A DNA stretch of 64,000 nucleotides from Spirochaetia bacterium (lineage in GTDB: Bacteria; Spirochaetota; Spirochaetia; SZUA-6; Bin103), in assembly GCA_965203055.1 (NCBI GenBank), contig OZ241863.1, positions 2,176,001 through 2,240,000 on the forward strand, in the 5' to 3' direction. Under the pieces are notes generated by a model that saw only the letters and a program-made list of their open reading frames with translations, made no database searches and was not told the DNA's origin. Below are positions 29,211 to 38,704 of this stretch, piece after piece. Both the position numbers and the translations under genes were made by a program. The first letter of the stretch is position 1. Each line of letters starts with the position of its first letter.

Positions 29211-29751
29211 CCGGACGGCCGCGGCCGCGGCGCTGGTGTGCGCCGAGTGCGGGTTCGCCAACGTGACGGAGAGCGCGGAATGCGAAGCCTGCGGCGACAG
29301 CCTGTACCGCGCGCCGCAGGCGGCGCCTCGGCACGCCGAGGACGACCACCTGCTGGCCGACCCGGTGGACGCGCTGGTCTCCGGCAGTCCGGTGTTGGTG
29401 GAGGCCGGCGCCTCGGTCGCCGCCGCCGCCGCGCTGATGCGCGAGTCGCGCCGCGGCTGCGTGCTGGTGGTGGACGCCGGCAAGGTCAGGGGAATCTTTA
29501 CCGACGGCGACCTGCTGGAACGGGTGGTCGCCGCCGGCCGGGCGCCGCGCGCGGTGACGGTCGAACAGGTGATGACCCGCGACCCGGTGGTGTTGCGCCA
29601 CGACGACAGCGTGGCCGTGGCGATCCACAAGATGGTATTGGGATCGTTTCACCACCTCCCGCTGGTCGACCCCTCCGGGCGCATCTACGCGGTAGTGTCC
29701 GAGCACGACGTCCTCAGGCATCTGCGCCGGGCAATGGAACGCCGGGAATGA
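29203..29751 (+). CDS. Zinc-ribbon + CBS-pair protein
   Basis: CAECG...CEACG followed by GIFTDGD, MTRDP, FHHLPLVD. Start uncertain (TTG 29203 or GTG 29236). Confidence 0.8.
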   Translation: MADRTAAAAALVCAECGFANVTESAECEACGDSLYRAPQAAPRHAEDDHLLADPVDALVSGSPVLVEAGASVAAAAALMRESRRGCVLVVDAGKVRGIFTDGDLLERVVAAGRAPRAVTVEQVMTRDPVVLRHDDSVAVAIHKMVLGSFHHLPLVDPSGRIYAVVSEHDVLRHLRRAMERRE

Positions 29752-31526
29752 GGCGCGCGCCGACCCGGCCCAACGTCATCCTCATCCTTACCGACGACCA
29801 GGGATACGGCGATCTCTCCTATACCGGCAACCCGGTGCTGCGCACCCCGGCGCTGGACCGGCTGCAGGCCGAGAGCGCGCGCTTTACCGACTTCCACGTG
29901 TGCCCGGTGTGCACCCCGACGCGCGGCGAGTTGATGACCGGCCGCGACGCGCTGCGCAACGGCGCCACCTTCGTATGCATGGGCCGCTCGCTGCTGCGCG
30001 CCGACCTCCCCACCGCGGCCGACCTGTTCGCCGCCAACGGCTACCGCACCGGACACTTCGGCAAGTGGCACCTGGGCGACAACTACCCCTACCGGCCGCA
30101 GGACCGCGGCTTTCAGGAAACGATCTGGCACCCGAGCTGGGGGATCAGCTCGGCCGCGGACTACTACGGCAACGACTACTTCGACGACCGCTACCGGCAC
30201 CGCGCCGAGCTGGAGGAGTTTCGCGGCTATTGCACCGACGTGTGGTTCGAGCAGGCCGGCGCCTGGATGCGGCGCTGCCGGCGCAGCGGCGACCCGTTCT
30301 TCGCCTACCTGGCCACCAACGCGCCGCACGGTCCGCTGTGGGTTCCCGACCACTATCGCGCGCCCTACCGGGACGCGGTCGCGCGCGGCGAGGTGACCGC
30401 GAACCACGCCAGCTTCTTCGCCATGATCGCCTGCATCGACGAGAACCTGGCGCGCCTGGACTGGTTCCTGCACCAGCACGACCTGTACGACGACACCATC
30501 CTGATCTTCCTGACCGACAACGGCACCGCCTCCGGCGAGGCGGTGCACAACGCCGGGATGCGCGGCAAGAAGGCCTCGCTGTACGACGGCGGCCATCGGG
30601 TGCCCTGTCTGCTGCGCTGGCCGGCCGGCGGCATCGGCGGGCAGGGCGGCGGCCCGCGCCCGGCCCCGGCCGCCGGGCGCGCCACCACCGCCCGCGACGT
30701 GTCCGGCGTGGCGCGCGCCACCGATCTGCTGCCGACGCTGATCGACCTGTGCCAACTGCGCGTCGATCCCGGCGTGGAGTTCGACGGCGTGTCGCTGGCG
30801 GGCGCGGCGCGCGGCACCGAGGCAGCGCTGCCGGAGCGTATGACGGTGGTGCAGTACGGGCACCCCAACGAGCAGCCGGAGTTCGGCAAGAGCGGCAAGT
30901 ACGCCGCCGCGGTGCTGTGGGGCCGCTGGCGGCTGGTGCACGGCGGCGAGCTGTACGACATCGCCGCCGACCCCGGGCAGGCGCGCGACGTCGCCGCCCA
31001 ACACCCGGAGGTGGCGGCGCGCATGCGCGCTCACTACGAGGCGTGGTGGGCCGGAGTGGAGGGCAACCTGGAACGCTACCAGCCGCTCACCATCGGCGCC
31101 GCGGAGGAGAATCCGATGCGGCTGTGCAGCGCCGACTGGGCCTGGGCCTACGCCGACAACCAGCGCGACATACGCACCCCCATGACCGGCAGCGGCACTT
31201 GGCACGTGCAGGCCGCGCGGGACGGCGCCTACTCCTTTACCCTGCGCCGCTGGCCGCAGGAGTCGGGCTTGGCCATCGCCGGGCCGGCGCCGCCGTGGCG
31301 CGGCGTGGACGGCGGCTGGCCGGCCGGCAACGCGCTGCCGGCGGCCTCGGCCTGGCTGCGCGCCGGCCCGGCCGAGGAGACCCTGCCGGTGCCGGACGGC
31401 GCCGCCGAAGTGACCTTCCGGCTCCCCCTGGAACGCGGCCCGGCGCAGATCAGGAGCTGGTGGCTGGACGCCGCCGGCAACCACCTGGCCGGCGCCTTCT
31501 ACCTCACCGCCGAACGGCTGACCTGA
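29748..31526 (+). CDS. Arylsulfatase (formylglycine-dependent, Cys type)
   Basis: PNVILILTDDQGYGD, CTPTR (CxPxR), GKWHLG, TDNG. Confidence 0.93.
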   Translation: MRRAPTRPNVILILTDDQGYGDLSYTGNPVLRTPALDRLQAESARFTDFHVCPVCTPTRGELMTGRDALRNGATFVCMGRSLLRADLPTAADLFAANGYRTGHFGKWHLGDNYPYRPQDRGFQETIWHPSWGISSAADYYGNDYFDDRYRHRAELEEFRGYCTDVWFEQAGAWMRRCRRSGDPFFAYLATNAPHGPLWVPDHYRAPYRDAVARGEVTANHASFFAMIACIDENLARLDWFLHQHDLYDDTILIFLTDNGTASGEAVHNAGMRGKKASLYDGGHRVPCLLRWPAGGIGGQGGGPRPAPAAGRATTARDVSGVARATDLLPTLIDLCQLRVDPGVEFDGVSLAGAARGTEAALPERMTVVQYGHPNEQPEFGKSGKYAAAVLWGRWRLVHGGELYDIAADPGQARDVAAQHPEVAARMRAHYEAWWAGVEGNLERYQPLTIGAAEENPMRLCSADWAWAYADNQRDIRTPMTGSGTWHVQAARDGAYSFTLRRWPQESGLAIAGPAPPWRGVDGGWPAGNALPAASAWLRAGPAEETLPVPDGAAEVTFRLPLERGPAQIRSWWLDAAGNHLAGAFYLTAERLT

Positions 31527-31578
31527 GTTCCCGGCGCGCGCGGGCGGCGGCGCCCGCTGCTCTGCCGCCCTGCCCGCG

Positions 31579-32742
31579 CTACCAGTTGGTAAAGGCGCCG
31601 TCGTCGCGGGACAGCCGCGGCGGCCACTCCTGCGGGCGGAAGCGGGCGCGCTCGGCCGCCTCCAGGTCCAGGTCGACGCCGAGCCCCGGCGCGTCCGGGC
31701 AGTAGGCGAAGCCGTCCTCCCAGCCGATCTGCTGCGGAAACAGCTCGGTGGCGAAGGTGCCGGGGCGGCGCGGCATCTCCTGCACGCCGACGTTGGCCGC
31801 GGCCATGCACAGGGACACGCAGGCCGCGGCGCTCACCGGGCCGAGCGGATTGTGCGGCGCGATGTCGATGTAGTGGGTCTCCGCCCAGTGGGTGATCTTG
31901 AGCGCTTCGGTGATTCCGCCGGCGATGCACAGGTCGATCCGGGCGTAGTCGATCAGCTCCTCCTCGATCACCTCGCGGAACGGCCACTTCGACGCCCACT
32001 GCTCGCCGGCGGCCAGCGGCAGCGAGACGTGGCGCGCCAGCTTGCGATAGCTGGCCGGGTTCTCCGAACGGATCGGATCCTCGATGAAGAAGGGTCGGAA
32101 CTCCTCCAGCCAGCGGCACATCTGGATGACGTGCGGCGGCTCCAGCCGGGTGTGCACGTCGAAGCAGAGCTCGATCTCCGGCCCCACCGCGGCGCGCACC
32201 GCGCGCATCTGCTCGACGGCAAGGGCGATCGAGCGGCGCGGCTCCAGCGCCGCGCCGCCGGCCGCCTCGAACCGGCCCGAGGTCTCCGGCTGCCCCCAGC
32301 GCACGAACCGCCAGCCTTCGGCTGCCAGACCTTCGGCGTGCTCCACCAGCTCCCGGATGGTGGCGCCCTGAGCGTGGGGATAGCACACCACCTTGGGCCG
32401 CACCGGCCCGCCGAGCAGCTTGTACACCGGCAGGCCCGCGGCCTTGCCCTTGATGTCCCACAGCGCGATGTCGATCGCGCTCAAGGCGCAGGCGTACACC
32501 TTGTCGGCCGGGAAGAACCCGGCGCGGAACATCAACTGCCACAGCCGCTCCGTCTGCCACGGGTCGGCGCCGAGCACCAACTCGCCGAGGTGCTCCACCG
32601 CGCGGGCGATGGCCAGGCCCCAGTTGCGGATGCCGACCTCCCCCAGCCCGTGGATGCCGGCGTCGGTATCGACCCGGACGATGAAGTAGCCGCGGCCCTC
32701 CTCGTCCCGTACCGGCAGGCTGGTGATTCGCGTCACTTTCAT
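31579..32742 (-). CDS. Mandelate racemase/DgoD-like acid-sugar dehydratase
   Basis: IDIALWDIKGK, DVH, IEDP, AGE, APHNP, PGLG. Confidence 0.88.
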   Translation of the reverse strand: MKVTRITSLPVRDEEGRGYFIVRVDTDAGIHGLGEVGIRNWGLAIARAVEHLGELVLGADPWQTERLWQLMFRAGFFPADKVYACALSAIDIALWDIKGKAAGLPVYKLLGGPVRPKVVCYPHAQGATIRELVEHAEGLAAEGWRFVRWGQPETSGRFEAAGGAALEPRRSIALAVEQMRAVRAAVGPEIELCFDVHTRLEPPHVIQMCRWLEEFRPFFIEDPIRSENPASYRKLARHVSLPLAAGEQWASKWPFREVIEEELIDYARIDLCIAGGITEALKITHWAETHYIDIAPHNPLGPVSAAACVSLCMAAANVGVQEMPRRPGTFATELFPQQIGWEDGFAYCPDAPGLGVDLDLEAAERARFRPQEWPPRLSRDDGAFTNW

Positions 32743-33725
32743 TTCGTGGCCTCCTCCCGGCCCTCGTCCAGGCCGTGCTTGCGGCGGTAGGCGGGAATCT
32801 CGATCATCGGCGGGCGCTCCAGCTCGTTGATCTCGTGGGCCACCACCTCGTAGCGGCCCTGATCGACCATGAACTGGTGGAGGATGGTGTTCAGCTCCGG
32901 CAGCTCGCTGACGATCTCCAGGGAGTCGATCCGCTTCAGAAAGGTCTGCAGGATGCGGAACGCCATGCGCCCCAGCGCCTCGGTCGGTTGATTGGTGTGC
33001 ACGCGGCGGTCCAGGTCGGTCTGCGCGAAGGCGCCCATGCCCCAGCGGTGGTACACGTCGATGATGTGGGAGGTTTCCACGCCGTAGCCGATCGGGAACG
33101 GAATCTGCTCCAGCACCTTGCGCCGCACCGCGTATTCTCCCGACAGCGGCTGGATCAGCGCCGACAGCTCCGGGAAGAACAGCGCGAACAGGGGCCGGAC
33201 CAGAATCTCGGTGACGCGCCCGCCGCCGGTGGGGCGCAGCCCGGCCGACTCCGCCAGCGGCCGGTCGTAGAACCCCTTGACGTAGGACACTTCCGGCATG
33301 TTCAGCAGCGGCCCCACCAAGCCGTACACGAAGCGCGGGTGGATGTTGCTGATGTCGGCATCGACGTAGACGATCACGTCGCCGGTCAACTGGTAGATCG
33401 CCTTCCACAGGTTCTCGCCCTTGCCGCGGTGATTGCCGCACTCCGGCAGTATCTCGGCCGCCGGGTAGACGTCGGCGCCGAAGGCGCGCGCCACTTCCGG
33501 GGTGGCGTCGTCGGAGCCGGAGTCGATCACCGCAATCTCGTCCAGCAGCCGGTAGCGGTCCATCAGCTCCGACTTGAGCACCACGATCTCCTTGCCGATC
33601 GTGCGCTCCTCGTTGAGGGTGGGGATGCACAGCGAGATGGTCACCCCCGCCTCCCGCTTGCGCCGCTCCAGCTCGCCGATGTCGAACTGGGCGTGGTGGA
33701 AGGTGTTGCTCGTCAACCAGCTCAT
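32739..33725 (-). CDS. gpgS: Glucosyl-3-phosphoglycerate synthase
   Basis: PTLNEE, IDSGS, GKGENLW, VDAD, KGFYDRP, GGRVTE, QPLSGEYA, GYGVE. Confidence 0.92.
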   Translation of the reverse strand: MSWLTSNTFHHAQFDIGELERRKREAGVTISLCIPTLNEERTIGKEIVVLKSELMDRYRLLDEIAVIDSGSDDATPEVARAFGADVYPAAEILPECGNHRGKGENLWKAIYQLTGDVIVYVDADISNIHPRFVYGLVGPLLNMPEVSYVKGFYDRPLAESAGLRPTGGGRVTEILVRPLFALFFPELSALIQPLSGEYAVRRKVLEQIPFPIGYGVETSHIIDVYHRWGMGAFAQTDLDRRVHTNQPTEALGRMAFRILQTFLKRIDSLEIVSELPELNTILHQFMVDQGRYEVVAHEINELERPPMIEIPAYRRKHGLDEGREEATK

Positions 33726-34903
33726 TCGCAGTAACCGCCGTCCATGGCCAGCATGATGCCCAGGAGTTGGGCCAGACCGGTGTAGATCGGGGCGATGCGC
33801 ACCGCCTCGTTGCGCCGCCCCAGGGCCTCGCCGGAGGTGAGCCCCACGGTGACCGCGGGCACGCGGTGGTCGATGAAGGCCGACAGCTCGGAGGTGCTCG
33901 GCGACAGCCGCGGGGCCAGCGCGAGACTCTGCATCAGCCGGCGGGTACGGCGCACCAGCGGGTGAGTAAAGGCGATGCCGCCGGGGCGGCGGCGCGCGAA
34001 GACGTTCATCCTGATGTCCGCTCCGGTCTGCGACGAGACTTCCTCGATGATGTAGGAGATGTCCTGCAGCAGTTGGCGCACGGTGGCGCCCGACTCGCTG
34101 CGCACCTCGAACTGCAGCGCGGCGCGGTTGGCCACCGTGCTCGCCGAGGTGCCGCCCTCGATGCGCCCCAGCACGATGGTGGTGCGCGGCCGGTCCGGCG
34201 TGGGAATCTCCAGCATGCGGCTGATGATGTCGTTGAGCGTGGAGATGGCGCCGCCGGCTCCGAACCGGGTCCAGTCGTACTCCTCCGGCACCTCGCAGGC
34301 GATCTCCCCGCGAATCATGCCGATCGAGGTGTAGCTGAGGCGGCCGAGCTGCACGCCCTCGACGCACAGTCCAAACTGCAGCGGCAGCTTGGCGTGATCG
34401 AGGAAGAACCGCATCCCGGCCAGGTTGCCGCGGCCCAGGCCGCGGCTGCAGGCCAGCCCGAAGACGGTGGAGCGCAGGGTCAGTCCGAGCCGCTCCAGCA
34501 CCGTGGGCAGCGCCGTGACCACCGCCACCCCCAGGGCGTTGTCCGCCACCGAGGGGCCGATCACGTAGTCCGGCTGCACCATCACCGTATGATCGACGGT
34601 AGCGGCCACCGGGGTGTCGAGGTGCGCCACCAGCAGGATGTTGCGGTCGGCGCTGGTGTCGCCGCCGCGCAGCACCCCGGCGACGTTGCCCACCTCATCC
34701 ATGGAGCAGTCGGAGTACCCCAGCTCGGCGAACCGTTCCTGCACGAACGCGCCGCGCGCGCCCTCGTCGAACGTAGGCGCCGGGATCTCGGCGATCATCG
34801 CCAGGTTGGCCAGCAGCACGTCCTGCAGCGCCAGCAGCGCCTGCGGCAGGTCGCCGATGCGCTTGACGATGCTCTCGAATCCGGTAACAGACCTTTCGTT
34901 CAC
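33722..34903 (-). CDS. M20/M25/M40 metallohydrolase homologue with degenerate active site
   Basis: IPAPTFDE, AHLDT, ADN and dimerisation domain (IEGGT...EVRS) are present; the EE motif and C-terminal His are not apparent. Confidence 0.78.
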   Translation of the reverse strand: MNERSVTGFESIVKRIGDLPQALLALQDVLLANLAMIAEIPAPTFDEGARGAFVQERFAELGYSDCSMDEVGNVAGVLRGGDTSADRNILLVAHLDTPVAATVDHTVMVQPDYVIGPSVADNALGVAVVTALPTVLERLGLTLRSTVFGLACSRGLGRGNLAGMRFFLDHAKLPLQFGLCVEGVQLGRLSYTSIGMIRGEIACEVPEEYDWTRFGAGGAISTLNDIISRMLEIPTPDRPRTTIVLGRIEGGTSASTVANRAALQFEVRSESGATVRQLLQDISYIIEEVSSQTGADIRMNVFARRRPGGIAFTHPLVRRTRRLMQSLALAPRLSPSTSELSAFIDHRVPAVTVGLTSGEALGRRNEAVRIAPIYTGLAQLLGIMLAMDGGYCE

Positions 34904-35018
34904 GCTGCCCGCAATGTTATCCGGTGTCCCGCCCTTTGACCACCGGCGCACCGCACCGGGCGCATTTCCGAGGCTTGACGCCCCGAGTAGCGCGCGGCTA
35001 CGGTCGCCGCGGGTCGCA

Positions 35019-36062
35019 ATGGCCGACGATAACGCATCCAACCAGCCACAATCTGCCGACCCGCCGCCGATCAGCCAGCGGCACGACAAGTACTTCTACC
35101 GCGTGTTCTCCGACCCCGAGAACGCCGCCGGCCTGTTGCGCTCCTACCTCCCCCAGGAACTCGCCAGCACGCTGCGGTGGTCCACCCTCACCCACCGGCC
35201 CAGCCGCTTCGTCAGTGACGACTGGCGCAGCCGCGAGGCCGATCTGCTGTTCTCCGTCGAACGCGAGCTCTCCGGCCCGCCGGTGCTCGTCCTGGTGCTG
35301 CTCGAACATCAGTCCACGCCCGACCGCTGGATGCGGCTGCGGCTGCTGCATTACTGCCTGATGGCCTGGATGCAGTGGCACCGCGAGCACGAGCAGGAGC
35401 CGCAGTTGCCGCTCATCGTGCCGGTGGTATTCTATCAGGGAGCCGAACCGTGGCGTTTCCCGCGGCAGTTCGCGGAGTTGGTTGCCGGCGCGGAGTCCGA
35501 CCCGGGTTGGGTGCCGCAGTTCGAGCACCTGCTGATCGACCAGACCGAGCAGAACCCGGAGTCGGTGGAGGGGACGCTGGTCGTGCGGCTGGCGCAGCTC
35601 GCGTTGATGACCGAGTACCGTCGCGCGGGCCGGGAGGAGTTGCTCAACCAATTGGTACAGTTGGTGGAGATGCTGCATCAGGACACAGGGATCGAAGGGG
35701 TGGCGCTGCACGTGGAGTACGTGCTGCTGGCGCTGAAGTCGAATGAGCAGCAGCAGGCGTTCGAGGAGGCGTTGCGACGGACCGTGTCGGGCCAAGGAGG
35801 AGAGGTAATGACCTACGTGCACAAGATGATCGACGAGGGCATCCGAGAGGGCATCCGAGAGGCCCGCCGGGAGGCCCGCCGAGAGGCCCGCCGGGAGGCC
35901 CGCCGGGAGGGCGAACTGAGGGGGCGGTTGCATACCATCCAGGGACTTTTGGGAAGCGAGGTCCCATGGTCGACCATCGAGGCGGCCACCGGCATCGACG
36001 AGGCTGCCTTCCGGCGCCTCAAGCAGCAGCTCGACGACAACGGCGCCGGCCGCGCCGAGTGA
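35019..36062 (+). CDS. Rpn/YhgA-like (Transposase_31) recombination-promoting nuclease
   Basis: HDKYF..VFSDP, ADLLFSV, LLEHQSTPD, PLIVPVVFYQG, C-terminal EG..EG repeats. Confidence 0.92.
   Translation: MADDNASNQPQSADPPPISQRHDKYFYRVFSDPENAAGLLRSYLPQELASTLRWSTLTHRPSRFVSDDWRSREADLLFSVERELSGPPVLVLVLLEHQSTPDRWMRLRLLHYCLMAWMQWHREHEQEPQLPLIVPVVFYQGAEPWRFPRQFAELVAGAESDPGWVPQFEHLLIDQTEQNPESVEGTLVVRLAQLALMTEYRRAGREELLNQLVQLVEMLHQDTGIEGVALHVEYVLLALKSNEQQQAFEEALRRTVSGQGGEVMTYVHKMIDEGIREGIREARREARREARREARREGELRGRLHTIQGLLGSEVPWSTIEAATGIDEAAFRRLKQQLDDNGAGRAE
35808..36062 (+). CDS. Putative internal in-frame small protein RpnS (84 aa)
   Basis: AGGAGG at 35795-35800, 7 nt before an in-frame ATG at 35808 (MTYVHKMIDEG...). 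Confidence 0.7.
   Translation: MTYVHKMIDEGIREGIREARREARREARREARREGELRGRLHTIQGLLGSEVPWSTIEAATGIDEAAFRRLKQQLDDNGAGRAE
35835..35912 (+). repeat. 12-bp tandem repeats (EGIR x2, EARR x4) in the Rpn C-terminus
   Basis: gagggcatccga x2, then gaggcccgccg(g/a) x4, then gagggc. Confidence 0.85.
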
Positions 36063-36249
36063 GTCCGCCCGGTACCGGACGTCAGGTACCGCACTTGCTT
36101 GGACGTTCCGTCCCGATCCCGAGGGACCGCACCGGCCGCGCCGGCGTCCGCGGCGACCGTGTTCCGTCCCGCGGCGCCATGGCCTGACCCACGGCGGCTG
36201 CCGTATCCATCTCTCGGTGGGCCAAGAAGATAGCGGCGGGCGCCCGGTG

Positions 36250-36278
36250 TTGGTAACGGCGCGCCGTCGTGGTACACT
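36250..36278 (+). promoter_or_regulatory. Putative sigma70 promoter giving a near-leaderless transcript of the GHKL-nuclease gene
   Basis: TTGGTA-N17-TACACT with TG extension; ATG 8 nt after the -10; no SD. Confidence 0.5.
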
Positions 36279-36286
36279 ACGTGTAG

Positions 36287-38704
36287 ATGACCAAGGATCA
36301 CGTCATGCGGATGGACACGATAGGCGACGAAATCGCACAGATCCCGGTCTCCATCAACTACGACATCATCAGCCTGTTCTCCGAGGGGTTGTACAAGAGT
36401 CCGCACAAGGCCGTAGAGGAACTCGTAAGCAACTCCTATGACGCCGAGGCAGGGCGAGTCCACGTACTGTTGCCGGAAGCGGGAGACGGGACAGGCCCGC
36501 GCGATCCGCTGTGGGTAATCGACGACGGTCACGGGATGAACGAGGATGGATTTCGGCAGCTCTGGCGAGTTGCCGATTCTACCAAGAACCTACCTTCAGC
36601 ACCGGGCAAAAGAGCCCCGATCGGACAATTCGGAATTGGTAAGCTGGCGTCCTACGTCCTCGCCTGGGAATTGACCCACATCAGCTGCGTAGCTGGCCGT
36701 CTGTTGTTGACCGTCATGGACTTTCACAAGTGTACCGGGCGGCGACAATATGATAACGCAAGTCCAGTCGAGATCACGTTGCGCGATGTGGATGAGGCAA
36801 CGGCTCGGTCTCACCTGCACGAGATCGCCAAGCGAGACCCGTCTGCGTGGGACATGATGTTCGGCAAGAACCGATCTTCGAGTTGGACCGCCGCCGGCTT
36901 GTCCGATTTCAAGGAGCTGTACAGCAAGCTGGTAGCCGGTACGCTGCGTTGGGTCCTGAGCACGGGACTTCCACTTCACTCGGACTTCGAGGTGCGCCTG
37001 AACGGAGACCGGGTTACGTCGAGCAAGGAAGCCAGGAATCCAATCAAGCGTATCGAGATCAACGACAGCCTGCCTGGTATTGGAAAAATAGAGGGCGCTG
37101 CGAGCATCTGGGGAAATCAATTGACTACTGGCAAATCGGAACAATTTGGCCGTAGTCATGGTTTCTTCGTGCGCGTCCGCAGGCGTGTCATCAACCTGGA
37201 AGATGAATTGTTCGGTATCGAGGCCGTCAACCACGCTGCTTGGTCCCGATTCGCTCTGGTGGTTCATGCCGAAGGGTTGCGTGACTACCTGCTCTCCTCA
37301 CGCGAAGGAGTCCGAGATTGCGACCATATTCAGGCGTTTCGCGAGTTCCTCTTGAAGAAATTCAACGATTGTAGATCAGCCTATGAAGAGTGGGATCGTC
37401 GCACGAATGAACCACTGGAAATGACCTCTCTGTCGGATGGCCATAGTATTCATATCACAGAACCGTTGGTGCGAAGCGTGCGCAACACCGTAGAAGCGGG
37501 TGAAGATTCCTTCTACATCGAAGTTCCGAGTAATGTGGACATAGATGGGCGTCATAAGTGGCTTGATAAGTACGAGAACGAGGTCTCGGAAAGACCGATA
37601 GACAAGAGAATCTTCGAGCGCCAAGGGCCGAATGCCCCCGCACTGCGCTATGATCCAGGCTTGCGCCGTCTGGTCGTGAATCTCGACCATCCGTTCGTCG
37701 ATAAACTCACGGCGGGCGGAAAGCGCCGGAATCCGGCCAAGCTCTTCGCGGCGTCCGAAGTCTTCCTGGAAGGACAACTCCAGGTACAGGGCGTTTCCCC
37801 GCTTACCATCAACAATTTTCTACGGGACCGGGACCGGATATTGAGGTTGACGGCCGGCGATGCTCCTCCTACAGCCGCGGAGGTGGTGCGTCGTCTGGCC
37901 GCCGCCCGTAATGACTCTCTCGATCTCGAACGGGCGGTCGGTGCGGTCTTCCGTTTACTGGGTTTCGAGTACGAACGGAAGGGGGGGAACAAATCGGGGC
38001 CGGACGGGATATTATATGCCCGTCTTGGGCGCCGCAAACGTGAGTCGGCAAACTTCAGCGTCGTTTACGACGCGAAGCAGACCAACCATCCGTCAGTACC
38101 GGCCGACAAGCTAGACTTTGCCAGTCTCGAAGACTTCAGAACGCAAGAACATGCCGATTATGGCTTCTTCATCGCCAACGCCTATGCAGCGGAGATGGCG
38201 CCCGATGGGGCACTCAATCGACGGATTTCACAGGTCGGTGAGAGCCTTACGTTGCTCAAGGTCGAGCATCTACAACGGTTGGTATGGCTGCATTATCACC
38301 AGGGAATAACGCTCACCGTACTTCGTACCCTGTTCGAGAGGGCGCGCACGGTGCCAGATGTGAACTCCTGGATCGATGATCTGAAGAAGACACTGGATGA
38401 GCAAGGGGAGGTTCCGGTGCGAGTTCTTCTCGAAGGCCTCGAACGGGAGAGGAAGGACGACAATAAGGCTATTCCGAACATCGTTGCCGTTCGAGCAAAG
38501 CTCCAGTTATTGCAGCAGTTCGAGCCGGAACGCCTCATCGCGCGATTGAAAGCAGCGGAAAATATCATTGGCAACCGCTGGATCGAGGTAGATGATTCCG
38601 GTGAAGTCATCATGCACCACACCGCGGAGCAGATCCTCTCGGAGCTGGAGCGTAACATTGCCGGTCTCATGCCCGAGGCGGAACAGATTCCCGAGACGAC
38701 CTGA
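36287..38704 (+). CDS. GHKL (MORC/HATPase_c_3-like) ATPase fused to a C-terminal PD-(D/E)xK (Mrr-like) nuclease
   Basis: ELVSNSYDA, DDGHGM and GQFGIGK Bergerat-fold motifs; LERAVG..F..LGF, GPDG and YDAK nuclease motifs; lower GC than flanks. Confidence 0.82.
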   Translation: MTKDHVMRMDTIGDEIAQIPVSINYDIISLFSEGLYKSPHKAVEELVSNSYDAEAGRVHVLLPEAGDGTGPRDPLWVIDDGHGMNEDGFRQLWRVADSTKNLPSAPGKRAPIGQFGIGKLASYVLAWELTHISCVAGRLLLTVMDFHKCTGRRQYDNASPVEITLRDVDEATARSHLHEIAKRDPSAWDMMFGKNRSSSWTAAGLSDFKELYSKLVAGTLRWVLSTGLPLHSDFEVRLNGDRVTSSKEARNPIKRIEINDSLPGIGKIEGAASIWGNQLTTGKSEQFGRSHGFFVRVRRRVINLEDELFGIEAVNHAAWSRFALVVHAEGLRDYLLSSREGVRDCDHIQAFREFLLKKFNDCRSAYEEWDRRTNEPLEMTSLSDGHSIHITEPLVRSVRNTVEAGEDSFYIEVPSNVDIDGRHKWLDKYENEVSERPIDKRIFERQGPNAPALRYDPGLRRLVVNLDHPFVDKLTAGGKRRNPAKLFAASEVFLEGQLQVQGVSPLTINNFLRDRDRILRLTAGDAPPTAAEVVRRLAAARNDSLDLERAVGAVFRLLGFEYERKGGNKSGPDGILYARLGRRKRESANFSVVYDAKQTNHPSVPADKLDFASLEDFRTQEHADYGFFIANAYAAEMAPDGALNRRISQVGESLTLLKVEHLQRLVWLHYHQGITLTVLRTLFERARTVPDVNSWIDDLKKTLDEQGEVPVRVLLEGLERERKDDNKAIPNIVAVRAKLQLLQQFEPERLIARLKAAENIIGNRWIEVDDSGEVIMHHTAEQILSELERNIAGLMPEAEQIPETT

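Noticed and set aside
35019..36062. Rpn gene as an IS element
   Set aside because: No terminal inverted repeats or target duplication seen; the family is not a demonstrated transposase.
36062..36250. Structured ncRNA between rpn and the GHKL gene
   Set aside because: Only short repeats (gttccgtcccg x2, ggtaccg x2); no recognisable RNA family or convincing fold by eye.
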